Below, piece after piece: positions 38,767-48,696 of a stretch of DNA of 64,000 bases. The position numbers and the translations under genes were made by a program. The notes under the pieces are model-generated. The model was not told the DNA's origin, ran no database searches, and was given only the letters and a program-made list of their open reading frames with translations. The stretch covers positions 13,303 through 77,302 of the forward strand of contig JBBKWL010000018.1 in NCBI GenBank assembly GCA_037968975.1, read 5' to 3'. Source of the DNA: Woeseiaceae bacterium (GTDB lineage: Bacteria > Pseudomonadota > Gammaproteobacteria > Steroidobacterales > Woeseiaceae). Numbering within the stretch: position 1 is the first letter of the stretch; each line of letters opens with the position of its first letter.

Positions 38767-40121
38767 CGCATCGTCACCAATTCTTCTGCACTCGTGGGAT
38801 GGATCGCAACGGTATCATCAAAATCTGCTTTCGTCGCACCCATCCGAATCGCAACGGCAAAGCCCTGCAGCATTTCGTCCGCGCCGTCACCGATAATATG
38901 GCAGCCAACAACTTTCTCTTCCGCGCCAATCGTCACCAGCTTCATTGCTGATCGTTGTTTCTTGTCGCCGAGCGCGTAATACATGTTTGTAAAGCCGGTT
39001 GAGTATATTTTTACAGCATCGCCATACTCGGTGCGGGCCTCTGCCTCGGTGAGCCCAACGGTGCCCATCGGCGGATGACTGAAAATCACGGTCGGGATGA
39101 TTTTGTAATCAAGGTGTCGGCCCTCCATACCACCGTAAAGCCGGTCCGCCAGCCGGCGGCCGGCGGCGATCGCAACCGGTGTCAACGCGGGCCGGCCGGT
39201 AACGTCTCCAAGAGCGAATATGTGTTCGACGTTCGTCTGTTGGTAGTCATCTACCGGGATCGTGCCCGATTTCCCCGTTTCGACGCCGGATTTCTCCAGC
39301 TCCAGGCCTTCAGTATTCGGTTCGCGGCCGATCGCCCACAACACGCAATCGACCGGACCGAAAGTGCGGCCGTCCTCTGCATGCAGCACAACACCGTCGT
39401 CCGTTTTTTGCAGAGACTCAGGCACGACGCCCGTTTCCAGACTGATACCATCCTCACGCATTGCAGTCATTAGCTCGGCACCCAGCATCGCATCGAAGCT
39501 ACGTACGATCCCGTTCTTACGGACCAGCATCTGCGTATCACTGCCTAAACCATTGAAAACTCCGGACAATTCCACTGCAATGTAGCCGCTGCCCAGGACT
39601 ATGACTCTTTGCGGGCGATCCTTAAGCTCAAAGAACCCGTCGGAGGTAATGCCAAGCTCCGCACCAGGAATGTCCGGCATGCTAGGCCGTCCACCGGTTG
39701 CAATCACGATTCGGTCGGCCGTGTATTCCGTGTCGCCGATTGCAATGGTGTGTGCATCGACGAAGCGCGCGCTGCCTGCAATATAGTCCACCTTGCTTTT
39801 GTCGAGCAGCTTTTCGTAGATGGCATTGAGTCGCGCGACATAGGCATCGCGGCGCGTTTTAACCGCGCCCCAGTCGTGGCCGTTGACCGCTACGTCGAAC
39901 CCGTAGTCGGCAGCGTGCTCGAAATGATGCGCATGACTGGCGGTATGCCACATGACCTTTTTCGGCACACAACCCACATTGACGCAGGTGCCGCCCAGCG
40001 GTCCGTGCTCCGCGATCGCTACTTTCGCTCCGTACTCGGCTGCTCGACGCGCGTGTGCGACACCGCCGCTACCGCCGCCGATAACAAAAAGATCGTATTT
40101 CTGGCTCAAAGTTTTCTCCAT
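38763..40121 (-). CDS. gor: Glutathione-disulfide reductase
   Basis: [12 protein letters not shown], redox-active [14 protein letters not shown]-terminal [12 protein letters not shown]. Confidence 0.93.
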   Translation of the reverse strand: MEKTLSQKYDLFVIGGGSGGVAHARRAAEYGAKVAIAEHGPLGGTCVNVGCVPKKVMWHTASHAHHFEHAADYGFDVAVNGHDWGAVKTRRDAYVARLNAIYEKLLDKSKVDYIAGSARFVDAHTIAIGDTEYTADRIVIATGGRPSMPDIPGAELGITSDGFFELKDRPQRVIVLGSGYIAVELSGVFNGLGSDTQMLVRKNGIVRSFDAMLGAELMTAMREDGISLETGVVPESLQKTDDGVVLHAEDGRTFGPVDCVLWAIGREPNTEGLELEKSGVETGKSGTIPVDDYQQTNVEHIFALGDVTGRPALTPVAIAAGRRLADRLYGGMEGRHLDYKIIPTVIFSHPPMGTVGLTEAEARTEYGDAVKIYSTGFTNMYYALGDKKQRSAMKLVTIGAEEKVVGCHIIGDGADEMLQGFAVAIRMGATKADFDDTVAIHPTSAEELVTMR

Positions 40122-40138
40122 CTGCTAAAGTCAGCGCG

Positions 40139-42160
40139 ATGACCAATCCCCTTCTGGACACCTCGTCGCTTCCGCGATTCACCGAGATTTCACCTGAGCA
40201 CGTTATGCCAGCGCTCAGCGAGCTTATCGCAGCGCATCGGCAAAAGCTCGACGACCTGCTCGACAACACACCGCAGCCGGAATTCGACTCGCTGATTGCG
40301 CCACTCGAAGAGATGGACCACGAACTTTCGAGGGTGTGGTCACCTGTCAGCCATCTGCAGGCAGTACTCGGATCCGGCGAATGGCGAGAGGCGTACAACA
40401 ATGCTCTACCTCTGTTGACCGAGTATGCGACGGAATTGTCACATAACCTGCGCTTGCAGCAGGCCTACACCGCGGTAGATCAGACGCTGCCCGAAGCAGC
40501 CACAGAGGCACAAAGAAGTGTCGTCGACCAGGCCCTGCGCGATTTTCGCCTGGCAGGCGTGGACCTTCCCGAAGCCGACAAGGAGCGCTTCAAGGAAATA
40601 ATGCAGGCGCTGGCCACTGCGCAAGCCGAGTTTGAGCACAACGTGCAGGATGCGTCGGACGCCTGGAGCCTGCATATTGAAGACGAGCGTGATCTCGACG
40701 GCCTGCCATCGCAAACGATCGAACGTGCTGCAGCCGAGGCTCGCAAGCGTGATCGACAGGGCTTGCTGCTCACGCTCGACTACCCAACCTACGATGCCGT
40801 TATGCGGCATGCGGAGAAGCCGAAACTCCGCGAACTAATGTACCGCGCGTGGGTTACGCGCGGCTCGGACCAGGGGGACAACCCGGAGTTGGACAACAGC
40901 GCGCTCATCGAGAGCATCATGGCCCTACGCCACGAAGCAGCGCAGCTGGTTGGGTTCGACAGCTATGCCGATTACTCGCTGGCAACCAAAATGGCGGATT
41001 CCAGTGAAGAGGTCGTTGGCTTTTTGCGTAAGCTCGCCGCGCGATCGCGAGCAGCTGCAGAGAAAGAGCTATCGCGACTAAGCGAGTTTGCACAACAGGC
41101 CCTTGCACCGTGGGACATAAACTTCTGGCTCGAAAAGTACAAGCAGACGAAATTCTCTATCTCGAATGAGGAGTTGCGCAGTTACTTCCCAGCGCAAACA
41201 GCAGTCAACGGCTTGTTCGCATTGGCCGAGCGCTTATACGGAATTCGGCTTGAGGCGCAGGACGATGTCTCCGCCTGGCATGAAGACGTGCGCTACTACA
41301 GCGTGCGGGATGAAAAAGGTGCATTGATTGGTGGCTTTTATACTGACCTGCATGCACGCACCGGCAAACGCACCGGCGCCTGGATTGCCGAGTGCGTGAG
41401 CCGCAAGAACCTGGACGGTCACGCGACGCTGCCGGTTGGTTATCTGGTCTGTAATTTTCCGCCTTTCGATGACCTCGGCCGCTCGTTGCTCTCACACGAT
41501 GATGTTGTGACATTGTTCCACGAATTTGGCCATATGCTGCACCACCTGCTGACCCGAATTGACTTCCCGAGCATCTCCGGCATCAACGGCGTTGCCTGGG
41601 ATGCCGTCGAATTGCCGAGCCAATTCATGGAAAATTTCGCGTGGAACTTCGAAGTATTGAAAAATTGTTCCGGACACATCGAGACCGGCGCACCTTTGGA
41701 CAAACAGCTGTTCGACAAGCTTGAGAACAGCCGCAACGCCGGCGCCGCGCTGGCGATGTTGCGGCAGCTCGAGTTCGCGTTGTTCGACTTCCGGCTGCAC
41801 GCGGAGTACGACCCTAAACTGGGATCGCGTGTGCTGGAAATCAACAAACAGGTACGCGACGAGATTTCACTCATCGAACACCCCGACTTCAATCGAATGT
41901 CACATAGCTTTTCGCACATTTTTGCTGGCGGCTACGCTGCAGGCTACTACAGCTACAAGTGGGCGGAGGTTCTGGCCGCCGACGCATTCAGTGCTTTTCA
42001 GAACGCCGGCGTGTTTGACCAGGAGACCGCGCGGCGCTTCCGGGCCGAAATCCTCGAAGTGGGCGGTAGTCGCGACATCATGGAGGCATACATTGCTTTT
42101 CGCGGCCGCAGGCCCGAAATCGACGCACTGCTCGCGCAAATCGGCATAGCGAGCCCATGA
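40139..42160 (+). CDS. prlC: Oligopeptidase A (M3 family)
   Basis: 673 aa. Zinc motif TLFHEFGHMLHH. M3 architecture throughout. Confidence 0.93.
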   Translation: MTNPLLDTSSLPRFTEISPEHVMPALSELIAAHRQKLDDLLDNTPQPEFDSLIAPLEEMDHELSRVWSPVSHLQAVLGSGEWREAYNNALPLLTEYATELSHNLRLQQAYTAVDQTLPEAATEAQRSVVDQALRDFRLAGVDLPEADKERFKEIMQALATAQAEFEHNVQDASDAWSLHIEDERDLDGLPSQTIERAAAEARKRDRQGLLLTLDYPTYDAVMRHAEKPKLRELMYRAWVTRGSDQGDNPELDNSALIESIMALRHEAAQLVGFDSYADYSLATKMADSSEEVVGFLRKLAARSRAAAEKELSRLSEFAQQALAPWDINFWLEKYKQTKFSISNEELRSYFPAQTAVNGLFALAERLYGIRLEAQDDVSAWHEDVRYYSVRDEKGALIGGFYTDLHARTGKRTGAWIAECVSRKNLDGHATLPVGYLVCNFPPFDDLGRSLLSHDDVVTLFHEFGHMLHHLLTRIDFPSISGINGVAWDAVELPSQFMENFAWNFEVLKNCSGHIETGAPLDKQLFDKLENSRNAGAALAMLRQLEFALFDFRLHAEYDPKLGSRVLEINKQVRDEISLIEHPDFNRMSHSFSHIFAGGYAAGYYSYKWAEVLAADAFSAFQNAGVFDQETARRFRAEILEVGGSRDIMEAYIAFRGRRPEIDALLAQIGIASP

Positions 42161-42924
42161 AAATCGCTACCTGGAACGTCAATTCGATGAAGGTGCGTTT
42201 GCCGCACGTACTCGAGTGGCTGGCAGCGAACGAACCCGACGTTTTGGTGTTGCAGGAAATCAAGCAGCAAACGGAGGCTTTCCCCGGTGAAGAACTCACA
42301 GCGGCCGGGTATCAGTCCATCGCCAATGGACAAAAGACCTATAACGGCGTTGCGATAATCAGCCGCAATCAGGCCTCTGATAGCGTGCTTGAATTACCCA
42401 GCTTCGACGACTCGCAGCGGCGCGTACTGGCTGCCACGATTGACGGCGTTCGTGTGGTCGATTTGTACATCCCGAACGGTTCCGAAGTTGGCTCCGACAA
42501 GTACACCTATAAACTGAAATGGTTGACCGCGCTGCATACCTTCCTCAGCGATGAACTCGCGCGCCATGAAAAACTCGTGGTGCTTGGGGACTTCAATATT
42601 GCTCCGGCCGATGCGGACATTCATGACCCGGTGAAATGGGGCGATGCCATTCTTGCCAGCCCGGCCGAGCGGGCAGCTCTGCAAAGCATACTGCAACTCG
42701 GACTGACGGATGTCTTCCGCAACTTCGAACAACCCGAGAAAACGTTTAGCTGGTGGGACTATCGTGCCGCCGGTTTCCGTCGTAACGCCGGTTTGCGGAT
42801 TGACTTAATACTGACATCAGACGTTATGACCGCCGCATGTACTGCCAGTTATGTTGACAAGGAACCGCGCACCTGGGAACGACCGTCAGACCACGCACCG
42901 GTTGTCGCAGAGTTCAAAGTTTGA
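42157..42924 (+). CDS. xthA: Exodeoxyribonuclease III
   Basis: MKIATWNVNS...LQEIK...GDFNIAP...DY...PSDHAPV. 4-nt overlap with the prlC stop. Confidence 0.93.
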   Translation: MKIATWNVNSMKVRLPHVLEWLAANEPDVLVLQEIKQQTEAFPGEELTAAGYQSIANGQKTYNGVAIISRNQASDSVLELPSFDDSQRRVLAATIDGVRVVDLYIPNGSEVGSDKYTYKLKWLTALHTFLSDELARHEKLVVLGDFNIAPADADIHDPVKWGDAILASPAERAALQSILQLGLTDVFRNFEQPEKTFSWWDYRAAGFRRNAGLRIDLILTSDVMTAACTASYVDKEPRTWERPSDHAPVVAEFKV

Positions 42925-43012
42925 TTTTTACGGATATAACATATTGCTCGATTTCATGGCATAGCTCGATTTGTTCGCGTGTATCATTTGCGGACATTGG
43001 CTCGTGACACAA

Positions 43013-44062
43013 ATGAAAAGAATAATGAACCACGACCGTCGTAACGACTATGACGTAACCAACAAAGTTCAGGTCAGCAATCCAACATCCGTTCGCGATG
43101 CTGTGCATGAACTCTTTAGCGAAGCATTCCCGGGCGCGTCGTTCGATAAACTGTGGCTCGCTTTTTACGATTTCGAACGCCTGTTCACTGGCCGTTTTCC
43201 GGGCTACCGCGGTTGCGACACGACCTACCATGATGTCCAGCACACACTTGATATGACGTTGACTTTGGCACGCCTGGTCGTCGGCTATGAACGCAGTGTC
43301 GACCCTGCCGACAGACTCGGTCCGGGCCGCGCACAGATGGCGATCGTTACCTCGCTGTTTCACGATTCGGGTTACATCCGGCACGAAGAGCGGGATAAGG
43401 ACTTCAGCAACGGCGCGCAGTTCACGCTATACCACGTATCACGCAGCGCGGACTTTTTGCGTCGATATTTGCCCGAGCTGGGCATGAGCAAAGACGTCGG
43501 CGTGGCTAGCATGATTGTGCACTTCACCGGCTACGAACTCGATCTGGACTCGATAGAGCTGGACGACCCGCGCGACATTATTTGTGGCCACCTGATTGGC
43601 ACCGCGGACCTGGTGGCCCAGATGGCCGATCGCTGTTATCTCGAAAAATGCCGTGATCGGCTCTACAAAGAGTTTGTCGTTGGCGGCGTGGCCGTGGAGA
43701 ATGCTTCGCCAGGTCAGTTTCAGGTGCGCTACAAGTCAGGCAAAGATCTGTTGGCGAAGACACCGCAGTTTTACCAACAGGTTATGCGTGATCGGCTGCA
43801 TCGCAAGTTTAATCGTGCCTACCGCTACATTGAGGTTTTGTATGGCGGCCAGAACCCATACATCGATGCGATCCGCATGAACATTGCACACCTGGTCCGG
43901 GTAATCGAAACTAACGACTGGTCATTGCTGCGTCGCGAACCGCCGTATTTCCTTGGCATTGTGAATGCGGTGAATGAGATTGAAAAACTGGTTAGCAATC
44001 AGCTCAGCGCGATGTCCGGCATGAAAGTAGATTTTGAGACTTCTGCATTAATGCCGGTTTAA
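43013..44062 (+). CDS. HD-domain protein (uncharacterised metal-dependent phosphohydrolase family)
   Basis: H..HD pattern (YHDVQHTLD ... SLFHDSGYIRHE ... HLIGTADL). Start set at ATG 43013; the track ORF starts at TTG 42971. Confidence 0.7.
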   Translation: MKRIMNHDRRNDYDVTNKVQVSNPTSVRDAVHELFSEAFPGASFDKLWLAFYDFERLFTGRFPGYRGCDTTYHDVQHTLDMTLTLARLVVGYERSVDPADRLGPGRAQMAIVTSLFHDSGYIRHEERDKDFSNGAQFTLYHVSRSADFLRRYLPELGMSKDVGVASMIVHFTGYELDLDSIELDDPRDIICGHLIGTADLVAQMADRCYLEKCRDRLYKEFVVGGVAVENASPGQFQVRYKSGKDLLAKTPQFYQQVMRDRLHRKFNRAYRYIEVLYGGQNPYIDAIRMNIAHLVRVIETNDWSLLRREPPYFLGIVNAVNEIEKLVSNQLSAMSGMKVDFETSALMPV

Positions 44063-44665
44063 CATCGGCACGAAGCCGGGTTGTTGCTCCACCCGCTTTA
44101 GCCACTCCCTGACTTTTTTATACTTGGCAAGATCAAAGCCGCCCTCATGCGCTTTGTGCGTATACGCGTACAAAGCAATATCGGCGATGCTGTAGCGGTC
44201 ATTGGCAAAGAAGTCGTGCGCTGTCAGCTGCTTCTCCATCACCTTCAACGCTTTGTAGCCGCCTGGTCGTTTGCTCTCCAGGTTGGCCTGTTCTTCGGGC
44301 GGGTTGCCGAGGTACACGACGATGAAGCGCGCCACGGCGATATACGGTTCGTGACTGTATTGTTCAAAAAACATCCAGTTCAGGATGTTCGCCATTTCGT
44401 ACGCGTCTTCGGCAATTAAGGGCGAGCCGTGAGCGAGGAAGTAGAGAATCGCATTCGACTCTGGCAGAAACCGGCCATCGGCGAGTTTTAGCAGTGGCAT
44501 TTTGCCGTTTGGATTCATGGCGCGGAATTCATCCGTGCGTGCCGCACCACTGAGCAGATCAAGTTCATGAAAGACGTGGTCGATACCGAGCTGGGCACAC
44601 AGCAATTGCAGCTTGTAGCAATTTCCCGATATCGAATCGCCATAAATTTCGATCTTATTGGTCAT
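44048..44665 (-). CDS. Glutathione S-transferase
   Basis: 205 aa. N-terminal thioredoxin-like domain (IYGDSISGNCYK...NPNGKMPLL) and an alpha-helical C-terminal domain. Confidence 0.88.
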   Translation of the reverse strand: MTNKIEIYGDSISGNCYKLQLLCAQLGIDHVFHELDLLSGAARTDEFRAMNPNGKMPLLKLADGRFLPESNAILYFLAHGSPLIAEDAYEMANILNWMFFEQYSHEPYIAVARFIVVYLGNPPEEQANLESKRPGGYKALKVMEKQLTAHDFFANDRYSIADIALYAYTHKAHEGGFDLAKYKKVREWLKRVEQQPGFVPMLNRH

Positions 44666-45209
44666 GGTTTTGCTCCCAGGTGCGGATCGCGAGATTCTGA
44701 GCGCGAGTCAGGCGACGATTCGCATAAAACGCCGCCAATCCGGCAGCGAACAGCGCGAAGACCAGGTCGGCTGGCGTCATGACTTCGTCAAAAAATACCG
44801 GCCAGGTTAATACCGTCAGGTTGCGCAGCACGGTAAGCGTATCTGTACCAAGTTGCGGTGCCGTAAAAGCCGCAGCGACAACAATATTGCCAATCAGCGC
44901 GCCCGCCGCGGCAAAGACGGCTGCCAGAAGTGGAAATCGCCAGTCGAGACCCTGTCCGGTGCGTCGCACAGCGAGCCCGATCAGGATACCGAGCAGTAAA
45001 GTCATCCACGGGTAAATGCTGCCAAGCAGTGTCGATAACATTGCCCAGACGATGCTGAACATCACGATGGTAATCAGGCTGGCCATGACGGCATTGCGCA
45101 CCGATTGTGCCGCCAGCAGACGCATGGCATCTTCCGGCGTCGGTTCCTGACTGACTTTGGGCAGATGTTTTTTGCGGAGGCGTAAAACATCTGTTTTCTC
45201 GGAGCTCAT
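44655..45209 (-). CDS. Multi-TM membrane protein (hypothetical)
   Basis: Start at MSSEKTDVLRLRKKH (ATG is rc of 45207-45209). Five predicted hydrophobic helices. No family recognised. Confidence 0.55.
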   Translation of the reverse strand: MSSEKTDVLRLRKKHLPKVSQEPTPEDAMRLLAAQSVRNAVMASLITIVMFSIVWAMLSTLLGSIYPWMTLLLGILIGLAVRRTGQGLDWRFPLLAAVFAAAGALIGNIVVAAAFTAPQLGTDTLTVLRNLTVLTWPVFFDEVMTPADLVFALFAAGLAAFYANRRLTRAQNLAIRTWEQNHDQ

Positions 45210-46944
45210 GATGAGCAACAATACGCGAATGCGCCTATCTATTTCTATACTACTGATCACCTCATCAGTTCTCGCCGCCTGCGCAAGACAACCGCAACAC
45301 GATCCCGCTGACCTCGTCTTGTTAAACGGTGGCATCTATACAGTGGACGCGACGCGTAGCTGGGCTGAAGCCGCCGCGATAGATGCTGGCATTATCGTCG
45401 CTGTCGGCAGCAATGATGACATGCAGCGCTATGTCGGTGCGAAAACCGAGGTAGTCGATCTCAGCGGTCGCATGGCCATGCCTGGCATTCATGACTCGCA
45501 CATACATCCGCTTGAAGGCGGCTACGAGGGCGTATTCTGCAATCTGTGGGGGGTGAGTGGAGTCGATTCAATCATTGGTGCGCTGAAGACCTGCGAGAAA
45601 GACCATGAGGGTGAGTGGTTTGAAGCGGTCGGGCTGGATCTCGGCTCGTTTGGTCTTGCAGGACCTGACAAGTCAATTCTGGATGGCCTGTCGCAGGACA
45701 GGTATATTTTTGTCGACGCGTCCGATGGGCACGCAGCCTTGGTTAATGACAAGGTCCTTGAGCTGGTCGGCATTGACGAGCACTTTATAGCGCCGCCTGA
45801 CGGTGTGGTCGAGCGCCGCGAGGATAGCCTTGAGCCGAACGGGACTGTACGCGAAACCTCCAGAGACCTGGTGGACAAGGTACGCCCCAAGCGCGATCTC
45901 GACACTAGTGTGCACGCGATGCGCAGCGCGTTGCAGCGGATGAACGCTTTCGGCATTACGTCGGTGTACGACGTGTGGCTGGGCGAGCATGAGATGCAGG
46001 TATACAAATATTTGGACGACGCTGGCGAACTGAGTGTGCGTGTGTTGGGCGCAATTGTTGACGAAGGGGTTTATGAGAAGCATGTCGGCGAAGACTTCGA
46101 GCGGGTACTGCGCGAGCGTGGCAAATACGAAACGGCGAACATCAGTCACAACAGCGTCAAGATGAACGTCGACGGTGTGTTTGAGGGCGAAACCGGCGCG
46201 GTACTGGAGCCCTACCTGACTAGCGGCGACCTCGGCCCACTGTATCGCGAGCCTGACGACCTGCAGGCACGGGTTAAACGCTACTACGACATGGGAATGC
46301 AGCTGCATTTTCATGCGATGGGCGATCGCGCTGTCCGCGAATCGCTGAACGCACTCGAGTACGCACGCAACAATGGTGACGACGCATTGAAGAAGATGCG
46401 GCACACCATTTCGCACCTCGGTCTCGTCCACCCGAGCGACTATCCACGTTTCGCCGAACTCAACACCGGCGCCAGCGTGACTATGGTCTGGGCGCGAACC
46501 GATCAATGGACATACAATCTCGAAATTCCTGCGCTTGGACTTGAGCGCGTCAAAAAGCTCTACCCTGTTCGTTCGATTCAAGCCGCTGGCGGTACGATTC
46601 TGGGCGGAAGCGACTGGATCTATGGTGAGCTGGATCCGCTGTTGTCGATCGAGACCGCAATTACTCGTGATGATCCCTGGGGCCCGGTCGCGGAATCCGA
46701 ATACGAGATTCTTGGCGACGAGCTCGTGGACCTGGAAACCATGATTGACGCTTATACGATCAACGGCGCGTGGCAACTGCACAAAGAAGACATTTCCGGT
46801 TCGATTGAAACGGGCAAACGCGCCGACATCGCAATCTACGACCGCAACCTGTTCGAGATCGATCCCTATGAGATCAGCGAAGCAAACGTCGACCTGACAA
46901 TATTCGATGGCCGGGTCGTGTATCGTCGCTCTAATGAGCAATAA
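45208..46944 (+). CDS. Amidohydrolase-3 family metal-dependent hydrolase, predicted lipoprotein
   Basis: Start at MMSNNTRMRLSISILLITSSVLAAC (lipobox). GGIYTVD..., PGIHDSHIHP metal ligands, HAMGDRA, long Amidohydro_3 architecture. Confidence 0.8.
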   Translation: MMSNNTRMRLSISILLITSSVLAACARQPQHDPADLVLLNGGIYTVDATRSWAEAAAIDAGIIVAVGSNDDMQRYVGAKTEVVDLSGRMAMPGIHDSHIHPLEGGYEGVFCNLWGVSGVDSIIGALKTCEKDHEGEWFEAVGLDLGSFGLAGPDKSILDGLSQDRYIFVDASDGHAALVNDKVLELVGIDEHFIAPPDGVVERREDSLEPNGTVRETSRDLVDKVRPKRDLDTSVHAMRSALQRMNAFGITSVYDVWLGEHEMQVYKYLDDAGELSVRVLGAIVDEGVYEKHVGEDFERVLRERGKYETANISHNSVKMNVDGVFEGETGAVLEPYLTSGDLGPLYREPDDLQARVKRYYDMGMQLHFHAMGDRAVRESLNALEYARNNGDDALKKMRHTISHLGLVHPSDYPRFAELNTGASVTMVWARTDQWTYNLEIPALGLERVKKLYPVRSIQAAGGTILGGSDWIYGELDPLLSIETAITRDDPWGPVAESEYEILGDELVDLETMIDAYTINGAWQLHKEDISGSIETGKRADIAIYDRNLFEIDPYEISEANVDLTIFDGRVVYRRSNEQ

Positions 46945-47698
46945 GAGAGTTCTCATTTCCGGCGCTGCTTCCGGGATTGGCCGGACGATCGCGGAAGCGT
47001 TTATCGGCGCCGGTGCCGATGTACATATTTGCGACTCATCGGCTGCAGCGATCACTGACTTCAGTGCGGCCAACCCGACTGCCACGGCGACCGAGGTCGA
47101 TGTCTCGAAGGCCGCGGATGTCGAGCGCCTGTTCAGCGGGATTAGCTCGCTCGACCTACTCATTAACAATGCTGGTATTTCCGGGCCGTCTGCCGGCGTC
47201 GAAGATGTCCCGACTGACGATTGGGATAACTGCATCGCGGTAAACCTGAGCGGTGCGTTCTACATGACGCGACGCGCGGTTCCGTTGCTGAAAAAGGCCG
47301 GCGGTGGCAGCATCATCAACATGTCATCGTCCTCAGGATTATTCGGCACCCCGATGCGCTCACCGTACGCCGCCAGCAAGTGGGGCTTGATCGGGCTCAC
47401 GAAAACCTGGGCGATGGAACTTGGCCCTCACAATATCCGCGTCAACGCCGTATGTCCCGGCTGCGTCAGCGGGCCGCGGATCGAGGGCGTTATTGAAAGA
47501 GACGCAAAAGAACGCGGCGTGAGGCCAGCGGAGATCCGCGAGGTCTATGAGCGTCAAAGCTCTATGCGAAGCTTTGTATCGGCCGAAGAAATTGCAGACA
47601 CCGTTTTGTTTCTGGCTTCAGACAAAGCCGGGAAAATTTCCGGTCAAGCTATCGCGGTCGATGGCCACACTGAAACACTCGCGAACTGGCTCGACTGA
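46934..47698 (+). CDS. SDR-family oxidoreductase
   Basis: VLISGAASGIGR (TGxxxGxG), NNAG, YAASK catalytic motif. Overlaps the upstream stop. Confidence 0.88.
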   Translation: MSNKRVLISGAASGIGRTIAEAFIGAGADVHICDSSAAAITDFSAANPTATATEVDVSKAADVERLFSGISSLDLLINNAGISGPSAGVEDVPTDDWDNCIAVNLSGAFYMTRRAVPLLKKAGGGSIINMSSSSGLFGTPMRSPYAASKWGLIGLTKTWAMELGPHNIRVNAVCPGCVSGPRIEGVIERDAKERGVRPAEIREVYERQSSMRSFVSAEEIADTVLFLASDKAGKISGQAIAVDGHTETLANWLD

Positions 47699-48684
47699 TG
47701 CGCGCTGCCTGGTTTGACAAGTTTGGTTCCGCTGCTGACGCGCTGCAGGTTGGCGAGCTCGATACACCCGTGGCGGGACCGAGCGAAGTTCTCGTCCGCC
47801 TGTACACCAGCGGCGTGAATCCTTCCGATGTAAAGAAGCGTGCCGGATCATTTCCGAATCTGCTGGATGACGGCCTTGTCATTCCGAATAGTGATGGTGC
47901 CGGAATTATCGAAGCGGTCGGCGCCGGCGTGGACGCATCCCGTGTGGGCGAGCGCGTCTGGGTTTACCAGGCACAATTCGCACGCCGCTTTGGCACGGCC
48001 GCCGAGTATGTCGCGCTCGACAGCGTGCGAGCAGTAGCCTTACCCGATAACACAGACTTCGGCGTGGGTGCCTGCCTCGGCATTCCCGCAATGACAGCGC
48101 ATCGTTGCGTTTTTGCCGACGGCGATGTGCAGGGGCATACCGTCGTCATCACTGGAGCGGCCGGACGGGTTGGTAATTACGCCGTGCAATGGGCAAGCCA
48201 GGCAGGAGCGACCGTCATCGCCACCGCCAGCAATGCTGAAGACGCGGCCGCCTGCAGCGCAGCCGGCGCGGCGTATGTAGTTAATCATCGCAACGATACG
48301 TTTGCTGAAGACATACTCACGGCCAATGGTGGCGAACGCGTAGATCGCGCGATTGATCTGGAGTTCGGGGCGAATCTCGCAACCTGGATAGCCGTTATGA
48401 AAACGTCGGGAACGATCGCGACCTATGGTTCTGTTGCGGTTCCGGAGCCGACGCTGCCGTTCTTTCAGTTGCTGTACATGGATATGACAATTCGCTTCGT
48501 TATCGTTTATGCGATGCCCGAAGCAGCAAAACAACACGCGCTCGACGCCATTACAACAGCGCTCACGAGCGCTACCCTGCAACACCGCATTGCAGCGACG
48601 TTTCCTTTGCAGGACATCGCAGCCGCCAACGAACTCATAGAAAAAGGTACTATTCGGGGCGCAGTAATCCTCAACATCGAATAA
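47698..48684 (+). CDS. Quinone oxidoreductase-like medium-chain reductase (zeta-crystallin type)
   Basis: NPSD...PNSDGAG..., nucleotide site ITGAAGRVGNYAVQ. TGATG overlap with the SDR stop. Confidence 0.85.
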   Translation: MRAAWFDKFGSAADALQVGELDTPVAGPSEVLVRLYTSGVNPSDVKKRAGSFPNLLDDGLVIPNSDGAGIIEAVGAGVDASRVGERVWVYQAQFARRFGTAAEYVALDSVRAVALPDNTDFGVGACLGIPAMTAHRCVFADGDVQGHTVVITGAAGRVGNYAVQWASQAGATVIATASNAEDAAACSAAGAAYVVNHRNDTFAEDILTANGGERVDRAIDLEFGANLATWIAVMKTSGTIATYGSVAVPEPTLPFFQLLYMDMTIRFVIVYAMPEAAKQHALDAITTALTSATLQHRIAATFPLQDIAAANELIEKGTIRGAVILNIE

Positions 48685-48696
48685 CAACAAGAAGGG

